IMG/VR virus record: IMGVR_UViG_3300047548_001122 | Coordinates: 1 to 64,000 of that record | Length of the DNA: 64,000 bases | Reading direction: 5' to 3' (one strand) | Part shown: one piece after another, positions 9,517 to 16,040 of the stretch | Numbering within the stretch: the first letter of the stretch is position 1 | Layout of the letters: each line of letters opens with the position of its first letter | Program-made: the position numbers and the translations under genes | The notes under the pieces: model-generated | What the model was told of the DNA's origin: nothing | Database searches by the model: none | The model's input: only the letters and a program-made list of their open reading frames with translations

Positions 9517-9642
9517 ATGATGAAAAACACTTTTAACCCCGCAATATGTTTAGATAAGGAAATGCCATTTACATGGCAGGCCTCAGTACGCTCTATTAAT
9601 ACAAGCGGACTTGGCTACCACGATAAAGGGGTTTTTGTATAG
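9517..9642 (+). CDS. 41-aa putative attenuator leader peptide containing all 20 amino acids
   Basis: MMKNTFNPAICLDKEMPFTWQASVRSINTSGLGYHDKGVFV-TAG; late-promoter-like CTAAATA at 9503-09; no SD. Confidence 0.65.
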   Translation: MMKNTFNPAICLDKEMPFTWQASVRSINTSGLGYHDKGVFV

Positions 9643-9669
9643 ATTATTGATGTAACAAATAAACCATAC

Positions 9670-9709
9670 AAAAACCTCAAGATCGAAAGACTTGAGGTTT
9701 TTTTGTTTT
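9670..9709 (+). terminator. intrinsic terminator competing with an antiterminator
   Basis: AAAAACCTCAAG/CTTGAGGTTTTT stem, GAAA loop, U tract; 9628-40 pairs with 9666-78. Confidence 0.85.
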
Positions 9710-9818
9710 ATACGCTAATCGCAACGAGGGTGATGCCAGCGTACAATAAAATGGCTAAAAGGGCGGCACTGAGGATGAAAATACCGGCGAGAACGGTTTA
9801 GTAAAATTCAGATTATGT

Positions 9819-9892
9819 TGGGGTGTGGTGAAGTGGTATCACAGCGGATTTTGATTCCGTTATTCTAAGTTCGATTCTTAGCACCCCTGCCA
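9819..9892 (+). tRNA. tRNA-Gln(TTG)
   Basis: cloverleaf, CCA. Confidence 0.92.
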
Positions 9893-9974
9893 AATAGAAG
9901 AATACTCTTTGAGGTCTTGGTCGTTACCTGCGTAGCAAAAACGGCGGCAGAGTATTCTTCTATTTGGGTAAAAT

Positions 9975-10048
9975 CTCGGTGTGGTGTAATGGCAGCACAG
10001 CAGTCTCCAAAACTGTTAGTTGCGGTTCGAGTCCGTACACCGAGGCCA
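9975..10048 (+). tRNA. tRNA-Trp(CCA)
   Basis: cloverleaf, CCA. Confidence 0.92.
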
Positions 10049-10153
10049 TGATTATGTTAACCAATAAAAGGAGAATAATCATGGGGCAATGTCAGTTTAT
10101 ATTTTAGTTGTACTGTTTTTGATTTACGTACATAAAAAAATTTAAGGAACTAT

Positions 10154-10396
10154 ATGAAAGACTATACGCCAAAAATTGCAAAAAAAGATTTAGAACATGG
10201 TGCTTATTATAGTGGCAGTTGCCGTAATGCAAACGAAGCACGATGGAATGCGGAGCGTAATGTTTTTGTACATTGGCGTACTAAGTTCAACAATACATTC
10301 TTAGAAGAAATTCGTCATCCAGAAGATGACCAGATGTTTGATGTATTTGTAGTTGAAGAAAAATTGGAAAATCCTACTAAGGAAATTCCCTTTTAA
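10154..10396 (+). CDS. hypothetical phage protein
   Basis: AAGGA SD, 80 aa. Confidence 0.75.
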   Translation: MKDYTPKIAKKDLEHGAYYSGSCRNANEARWNAERNVFVHWRTKFNNTFLEEIRHPEDDQMFDVFVVEEKLENPTKEIPF

Positions 10397-10405
10397 GTAA
10401 TCGAT

Positions 10406-10481
10406 GGTGTCTATAGTGTAGTGGTCTGCATAGGGTGCTGTGAACGCCTTGGTATGAGTTCGATCCTCATTAGACACCCCA
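10406..10481 (+). tRNA. tRNA-His(GTG)
   Basis: G-1, C73, CCA. Confidence 0.92.
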
Positions 10482-10486
10482 ATTTC

Positions 10487-10561
10487 GCAGCGGTAGCTTA
10501 AAGGTTAAAGCGTCCGTCTCTAAAACGGACAATGTGGGTTCGATTCCCACCCGCCGCACCA
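10487..10561 (+). tRNA. amber suppressor tRNA (anticodon CTA)
   Basis: TCCGT-CT-CTA-AA-ACGGA anticodon arm; A3.C70 mismatch; A73; CCA. Confidence 0.85.
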
Positions 10562-10580
10562 TTTTTTATAGGAGAGTAAC

Positions 10581-10616
10581 ATGGAGAAACTTGTTGCATA
10601 GATTCGACCGCCATAA
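10581..10616 (+). promoter_or_regulatory. uORF MEKLVA-TAG-IRPP-TAA
   Basis: AGGAG SD at 10570-74; hand-translated. Confidence 0.55.
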
Positions 10617-10665
10617 ATTTCTGTTAGTCTTTTTTACTTTTTAAATTAACTAACAGGAGAATAAT

Positions 10666-11091
10666 ATGTGCATAGAATTAAAAATCAAATCTAAACATTT
10701 AAGTTTAGAATCGAAAGTAATTCGTTTTGAAGAACGTAAACTTCAAAAGCAAGTTAAGTGGTTGTATGAAAATGATCCTACAAAAGATTCCGATTCTTAT
10801 TCGGTGATGAGTAAGAGTGATTATTGGAAAACAGTTTGGAAATTAGGGTCATTGACTGACCACAGAAAACGTGTTGTTGGTACCGAAAACAGGGCTACAT
10901 TTTTAGCAAGAGCTTATATTGAAGGTGTTCCTTATAATAAAGTTGAATCTAAACGTAAGGATGAAAAACACTATGAGTTCAATTGTAAAGTTCTTCCTAG
11001 AGTGTTAGATATGGTTAGGAAATATCATCCTGTTTATGAAGTAAGAAAAAATATTACACTTGATGTATTGAAAGACTGGTGTAATATGTAA
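10666..11091 (+). CDS. basic conserved hypothetical protein with hairpin-occluded SD
   Basis: 141 aa; AGGAG 10655-59 pairs within 10618-28/10649-59. Confidence 0.8.
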   Translation: MCIELKIKSKHLSLESKVIRFEERKLQKQVKWLYENDPTKDSDSYSVMSKSDYWKTVWKLGSLTDHRKRVVGTENRATFLARAYIEGVPYNKVESKRKDEKHYEFNCKVLPRVLDMVRKYHPVYEVRKNITLDVLKDWCNM

Positions 11092-11182
11092 GTGTCTCAC
11101 CCTTGTATACGGTGTATAATAGGACAAGTTGTATACAGTCTACAGACCCCGACTTCGGATCCTCGGTCGAAAAATGAGGATC

Positions 11183-11274
11183 CATATTGAAATACATTGT
11201 ATTCAGTTCGACTCTGATAGTTTCGTGTATTCCGGATATAACACGGAGCATAGCCAACAGTGTGTTTCAATATG
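11183..11274 (+). ncRNA. stem-enclosed, permuted tRNA-like RNA
   Basis: 18-bp closing stem, T-arm TCAG-TTCGACT-CTGA first, then a hairpin. Confidence 0.5.
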
Positions 11275-11348
11275 CATCGTTAGCTCAGCGGTAGAGCAAT
11301 GCCCTTACAAGGCGGAGGTCCGCGGTTCGAACCCGTGACGATGTACCA
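11274..11348 (+). tRNA. tRNA-Val(TAC)
   Basis: cloverleaf, CCA. Confidence 0.9.
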
Positions 11349-11354
11349 GTTTAA

Positions 11355-11428
11355 CTCGGTATGGTGAAATGGTATCATGCGTGCTTTGGGAGCATGTGGC
11401 GGAAGTTCGATTCTTCCTACCGAGACCA
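11355..11428 (+). tRNA. tRNA-Pro(TGG)
   Basis: cloverleaf, CCA. Confidence 0.92.
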
Positions 11429-11444
11429 ATTAAAGGAGAGTGAT

Positions 11445-11609
11445 ATGTCTAGGACTTTTCGTAAAGAACGTAAGACGACCAAAAAAGTAAGAGATGGTCA
11501 TAGACAATTTGTTTCTGTTAGTTGTGAACACCATGGAGGTTGTCCATGGTGTGAAAGAAATCGTTTGATTAATCAAAAAAAACTTAATCAAACAAAGTTT
11601 TATGAATAA
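11445..11609 (+). CDS. 54-aa basic protein with SCEHHGGCPWC motif
   Basis: AAGGAG SD before ATG 11445. Confidence 0.7.
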   Translation: MSRTFRKERKTTKKVRDGHRQFVSVSCEHHGGCPWCERNRLINQKKLNQTKFYE

Positions 11610-11610
11610 T

Positions 11611-11690
11611 GGGGATAGGGACTGCTTGGGGTGGTCGCCTCACTTGCAATGAGGATATTCAGTTCGGTTCAAATCCGAATATCTCCACCA
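11611..11690 (+). tRNA. tRNA-Ala(TGC)
   Basis: G3.U70, CCA. Confidence 0.9.
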
Positions 11691-11699
11691 TTATACTAT

Positions 11700-11773
11700 G
11701 CTCTCATAGTTAAGTGGTATAACGCATCCTTGGTAAGGATGTATTACAAGTTCGATTCTTGTTGAGAGCACCA
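11700..11773 (+). tRNA. tRNA-Thr(GGT)
   Basis: cloverleaf, CCA. Confidence 0.92.
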
Positions 11774-11774
11774 T

Positions 11775-11850
11775 GCAACTTTAGCTGATGTGGTCATAGC
11801 GGCGGCCTGAAGAGCCGTTGAACCAGGTTCGATTCCTGGAGGTTGCACCA
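11775..11850 (+). tRNA. tRNA-Phe(GAA)
   Basis: cloverleaf, CCA. Confidence 0.92.
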
Positions 11851-11852
11851 TT

Positions 11853-11926
11853 CCTTCCGTAGCTCAAAGGTAGAGCAATCGATTGATAATCGATAGACAG
11901 TGGATCGTTACCATTCGGAAGGACCA
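11853..11926 (+). tRNA. tRNA-Ile(GAT)
   Basis: cloverleaf, variant T-loop ATCGTTA, CCA. Confidence 0.9.
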
Positions 11927-11933
11927 AGTTTTT

Positions 11934-12010
11934 GCCCCGGTGACGGAACTGGTATACGTGTTGGTCTTAGAAGCCAAATTTTAGGAGTTCGACTCTCCTC
12001 TGGGGCACCA
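11934..12010 (+). tRNA. tRNA-Leu(TAG), lacking long variable arm
   Basis: cloverleaf, CCA. Confidence 0.88.
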
Positions 12011-12011
12011 T

Positions 12012-12087
12012 CGGTCTTTAGTAAAATGGATGATTACGGCGGGCTACGGACCCGCAGGTGGGAGTTCGATTCTCTCAGGACCGGCCA
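12012..12087 (+). tRNA. tRNA-Arg(ACG)
   Basis: cloverleaf, CCA. Confidence 0.92.
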
Positions 12088-12184
12088 TATTGAAACACAT
12101 TTTGTATGCTAAACGGCACAGCCGCGGAACTTGAACTCCGTAGATGTGAGGTTCGAGTCCTCACCGAAGTGTGTTTCAATATGG
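12085..12184 (+). ncRNA. stem-enclosed tRNA-like RNA without CCA
   Basis: 20-bp closing stem; D-like arm, 8-nt anticodon-like loop ACTTGAAC, 6-bp T-arm with TTCGAGT. Confidence 0.55.
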
Positions 12185-12272
12185 AAGTGTGGCAGAGCCC
12201 GGTTTAATGCACCTGACTTGAAATCAGACGAACAGAAATGTTCCGTGAGTTCGAATCTCACCGCTTCCGCCA
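12183..12272 (+). tRNA. tRNA-Ser(TGA)
   Basis: long variable arm, CCA. Confidence 0.93.
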
Positions 12273-12461
12273 TATTGTGTTGCAACTAATCTGAGGGAGT
12301 CCACGTTAGCCTCAGTTAAAATGACAAAAATCGGGGCCAATTAAAGGAAATTAAATGTTAATGTTAGTTTTAAAAATATTTTTATATTGGATTGGATTAG
12401 GTATTTTTATTTCGTCATTGATGTTTAGTTGTTTAATGTTTGCAAAAGTTTGTGAAACTAC

Positions 12462-12551
12462 GGTGAATTGGCTGAGTGGCTTAAGGCAGCGGTTTGCTAA
12501 ACCGTCGAAGGTTTAAATCTTCCATTGGTTCGAATCCAATATTCACCGCCA
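12462..12551 (+). tRNA. tRNA-Ser(GCT)
   Basis: long variable arm, CCA. Confidence 0.93.
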
Positions 12552-12567
12552 TAATTTAGGAGTAAAT

Positions 12568-13131
12568 ATGCCAGCAAATTTTTTAGTTAGTGATACACAT
12601 TTCGGGCACGCTGGTGTATGTAAATTCCTGCGTGATGATGGAACAAAACTTAGACCATGGGATAATCCAGATGAGATGGATGAAGAAATGGTTAAGCGTT
12701 GGAATGAAACAGTAAGGCCTAACGATAAAGTTTACCATCTTGGTGATGTTGTGATTAATCGCAAAGCACTTAAAATACTTTCAAGACTGAATGGTGATAA
12801 AGTGCTGATTAAAGGTAATCACGATATCTTTAAACTTGGAGATTATACGGAATATTTTCGTGACATTCGTAGTTATCATGTAATGAATGGAATGATTCTT
12901 AGTCATATTCCTGTACATGAAGAAAGTCTAGCACGATTTGGAACGAATATTCATGGACATCTTCATTACAACAGAGTGAAGAAAGATGGAGTAATTGATC
13001 CGAGGTATTGGTGTGCTTGTGTTGAGCATACTGATTATCGGCCAATTCTTTTTGAAGATGTTATTAAAAGAATTAAGGAACAAGGTGGGACTGTAGGGTT
13101 TAAAAACGGAAACGGTCCCACTGTAGATTAA
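12568..13131 (+). CDS. calcineurin-like metallophosphoesterase
   Basis: DTHFGH, HLGD, GNHD, HGHLH. Confidence 0.9.
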   Translation: MPANFLVSDTHFGHAGVCKFLRDDGTKLRPWDNPDEMDEEMVKRWNETVRPNDKVYHLGDVVINRKALKILSRLNGDKVLIKGNHDIFKLGDYTEYFRDIRSYHVMNGMILSHIPVHEESLARFGTNIHGHLHYNRVKKDGVIDPRYWCACVEHTDYRPILFEDVIKRIKEQGGTVGFKNGNGPTVD

Positions 13132-13132
13132 T

Positions 13133-13210
13133 GGTAAGGTGGCTGAGTGGTCCAAAGCGACAGTCTGCAAAACTGTAAAACCATCGGTTCAAATCCGATC
13201 CTTACCTCCA
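13133..13210 (+). tRNA. tRNA-Cys(GCA)
   Basis: U73, CCA. Confidence 0.92.
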
Positions 13211-13246
13211 TTAACAATTTGACAACAAATGTTATCAGGAAGATAA

Positions 13247-13387
13247 CGTTGTATTTTGGCAACAGTGCTTGACAATTGTACTGGTTCCTGTATAATAGAC
13301 TTTGTTGAGTGATTGATGCAGTACGGAAAGAAACGATGTTGTATAAAAACAACACCGCTTGACAAAACGATTAAGTGGTGTTATAAT
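13247..13387 (+). promoter_or_regulatory. two tandem consensus sigma70 promoters, each with an upstream palindrome
   Basis: TTGACA 13269/TATAAT 13291; TTGACA 13359/TATAAT 13382. Confidence 0.8.
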
Positions 13388-13542
13388 GTTGTTTCAGTAG
13401 TTGAGTTTCTTTAACAAATTGCGAATTAAAACAGGTGTGAGCGACCTGTCTCTGAATAGAGTTTGACAAGGTTTTGGTGTGGCAAAGACTTCGGCACCAT
13501 GTAACAGTCTGTACCTTGTTAGTTCTAAATTTTTAGTTTTAT

Positions 13543-13617
13543 GTTCCGTGGGACGGCTGGTGTGGTCAACTGCCTTTCAAGCAGTGCAGATGGGATCGAA
13601 ACCCATACGGAACTCCA
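13543..13617 (+). tRNA. tRNA-Glu(TTC)
   Basis: variant D arm and T-loop ATCGAAA, CCA. Confidence 0.85.
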
Positions 13618-13719
13618 TATTGAAGTGTATTCTGAAACCTGTAGAGTCGTACAGCGGAATGCATAGTCAGGGTATAAGCTGGTATCTGGGAGATACGACC
13701 TGAGTATACTTCAATATGG
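13615..13719 (+). ncRNA. stem-enclosed structured RNA
   Basis: CCATATTGAAGTGTATTC/GAGTATACTTCAATATGG closing stem. Confidence 0.5.
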
Positions 13720-13897
13720 TGAAGTAACAAGGTTAGGATTTGGTCATAATTGTGGCTGTGCGCTGAAATAACCTATAATGCGAAACCCGAAAGGGTATCC
13801 TTGTGGCAAGCAGAGAGTTGGCGTGGCGACCAATCACCATAATCATTTTTTTTATAAGGAGACCTGTCATGGATAGTGACAAGAGTGATAAGATTAT

Positions 13898-13973
13898 GGG
13901 GCTATAGTCAAACGGTTAAGACAGCGGACTTTTAATCCGTCAGGTCAGGGTTCGAATCCCTGTGGCCCCACCA
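13898..13973 (+). tRNA. tRNA-Lys(TTT)
   Basis: cloverleaf, CCA. Confidence 0.93.
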
Positions 13974-14049
13974 ATCTGAAAGTACACTGTGTGTCAGACT
14001 GCTTCGGCGAATTGATAAACATTAAGTTGAGATAGTGTACTTCCAAATT

Positions 14050-14124
14050 GGTTCCAAAGTGTTCATGGACGCACATATGCCTGTCACGCATAAAGAAGGG
14101 GATCGTTACCCCTTGGAACCGCCA
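14050..14124 (+). tRNA. tRNA-Asp(GTC)
   Basis: variant T-loop ATCGTTA, CCA. Confidence 0.88.
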
Positions 14125-14234
14125 AGATGCACACCTTCGCTTTGAGGTGTGGCAGGATAGCCTCTCCTTCCTAGGATGGATGCTTCTCAGACTGCAACTA
14201 GAGTTCTCGCAAAAGAACATAGCAGAGTTTCAAT

Positions 14235-14313
14235 TCCGCAGAACCCGAGCAAGGTGCATGGGCGTGACTGTTAATCACTGGCTAGTAGAGTTCGATTCTC
14301 TAATGCGGAGCCA
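14235..14313 (+). tRNA. tRNA-Asn(GTT)
   Basis: cloverleaf, CCA. Confidence 0.85.
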
Positions 14314-14316
14314 AAA

Positions 14317-14502
14317 TTCCGGTTACTACTTTCCTGAAAGTAGCGTGTGGCGACGAGAATTGTCCCGGTGGCTATGGCACCGTTAGCGCATACGTAAGCA
14401 GACAACATAGCAACGTGGACACTACGTAGCAAACCGCAATTAGTGTTCGGACAGGGAAACAACTCCAGCTTAGGGGCGACCGTGGAAAGCGTGGCCTAAG
14501 CA
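14317..14502 (+). ncRNA. structured ncRNA, manA-motif-like (copy A)
   Basis: multi-hairpin, GC-rich; 3' domain GGACAG.G.AAC.ACTC.AG shared with copy B. Confidence 0.45.
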
Positions 14503-14505
14503 AAT

Positions 14506-14696
14506 TTAATTGTGTTATTATGGAAAATTCCAGTGATCGCTGGATAGTGCTCCCCAAAATGATTTGATGTCCGGATTATTCAAGTCTATAGGGTGTGACT
14601 GACGAAAAACCTATGACGATAGGAACAATAAGAGCAGTCCTACAAAATGCAAACCCTAGGCGGTGAATCCTAGGTATAACGTGATAACACAATTAA
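14506..14696 (+). ncRNA. stem-enclosed multi-hairpin RNA of unknown family
   Basis: TTAATTGTGTTATT/GATAACACAATTAA closing stem, four internal hairpins. Confidence 0.45.
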
Positions 14697-14703
14697 GTTT
14701 TTT

Positions 14704-14796
14704 GGGTGTCTTGATGCTATGGCGTGTGCATCCCCGGACTGTAAATCCGGTCCCTTGTGGTAAACATTCGCGGTTCGAATCCGTGGACACCCACCA
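14704..14796 (+). tRNA. tRNA-Tyr(GTA), extended D stem
   Basis: CCGGA-CT-GTA-AA-TCCGG, CCA. Confidence 0.87.
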
Positions 14797-14802
14797 AGTT
14801 TT

Positions 14803-14884
14803 GCAGGATAAGGAAAAAGCATATGCCCCTATGGAGCATGTTATACTAGTTGCTATTCAGGTTCGATTCCTGAATCCTGCACCA
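14803..14884 (+). tRNA. tRNA-like gene lacking a D stem, 9-nt anticodon loop
   Basis: perfect acceptor GCAGGAT/ATCCTGC-A-CCA and T arm. Confidence 0.55.
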
Positions 14885-14886
14885 GA

Positions 14887-15123
14887 ATCCTCCTTACCGT
14901 TCAGTGGAGTAACGGCGGTACTTGCAGTCGAAAGTGTGCAAGCGTCATTGTGTTGCGAAAAACACTCGGCAGAACAGAAATCCTAGGATAATGCCGCAGA
15001 GACCCGCTCTAATGGGTGCCTTATGAAAAGACTGTTCCTGTGGTCGGCCGAGCCACAGTGTGAATAATCGGATGGACAGTGTAACTACTCAGTCTAGGGC
15101 TTATGGGAATAAGTAGCTAGACA
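14887..15123 (+). ncRNA. structured ncRNA, manA-motif-like (copy B)
   Basis: shared 3' domain with copy A. Confidence 0.45.
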
Positions 15124-15135
15124 TCACACATAAAC

Positions 15136-15166
15136 GCTTGACAAGAGTTTTTATGTGTGGTATAAT
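15136..15166 (+). promoter_or_regulatory. sigma70 promoter for GOLLD-like RNA
   Basis: TTGACA 15138-43, 17 nt, TGG-TATAAT 15161-66. Confidence 0.8.
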
Positions 15167-15194
15167 AGATGTTTAATTGGGAGTATAGTCTCAT

Positions 15195-16040
15195 TAGAAT
15201 AAGTGGCGTGAGCCACCCAAAGCAGAAGTGTCCTACACACCTGCGCCAGTGATGGTTCATCTATACAAGCCTGCTCACTAGGGCGACCTAGCGATCACTG
15301 ATAAGACCGGTGGTTGTAACAATGAAGCTGGTGTAGTGGAAAGAATTGTATGCTCAAGCGCCGCAAGGTAACGCAAGTATACAGAGAGTAACGGGTGGTG
15401 CTGACCTCACTACAAAACCAATCAGTTAGTTGGTATGAGAAAGGGTAGTGCATTTGTCCAAGGTGTTGCAACCAAGGGCTTATGTGCAGTATTAATGGTT
15501 TATGGAACTGCCGTGAGGCGTTACATGAATCGTGAAATACTACTGAGTAGCCGGCAGGCAAAAGGTACGTGGTGTGTTGTATGATGTGGATTAATAGTTC
15601 ATGTCGCAACAGGAGCAGCACATCATAGTAGGTTCGATATAGCGTAATGGTAACGCGATTGCCTTTAGAGCAATTGACTGTTGGTTCGAGTCCAACTATC
15701 AAATAAAAAAAGCAAAGACTGCTCCGGTTAGTAGTGAAAGGTATCTAATACTTGGCTCGCAAGAGAATCAAGTCTGACGTAGCTCGCAAGGTGAAATCAG
15801 TTTATATCGGAAGATTCGTAAGGTGTTAGCGCACTTGAATGGCTCGCAAGGTCAACGGGTAAGAAGGTGTAGAGTAACTATTAACGACAAGTCTAATGCC
15901 TGACTTTCAAAACGGCGATACTGGTGATAGACGATGATACCGCAAGGGTTGTCGTGGATGTCGTGAGAAGTCTGACCCGCAAGGTCTTATATAATGCACG
16001 AAGTGTCACTATGGAAGGTGTAATCTCAGCCGACCACTTA
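15195..16040 (+). ncRNA. GOLLD-like large ncRNA
   Basis: about 850 nt, non-coding, many GCAA-capped hairpins, E-loop-like AGUA/GAA motifs, embedded tRNA, tRNA-cluster context. Confidence 0.75.
15633..15704 (+). tRNA. tRNA-like element with TTA (ochre) anticodon inside the GOLLD-like RNA
   Basis: ATTGC-CT-TTA-GA-GCAAT; D and T arms intact; C3.A70 mismatch; no CCA. Confidence 0.6.

Noticed and set aside
9768-9812. CTGAGGA resembling a hammerhead core
   Set aside because: No correctly placed stem II-GAAA or stem I/III pairing found.
11090-11182. Hairpins GTATAC/GTATAC and GGATCCTC/GAGGATCC with internal TATAAT, possible 6S-like RNA
   Set aside because: Too short and ambiguous; may be a promoter plus spacer hairpin.
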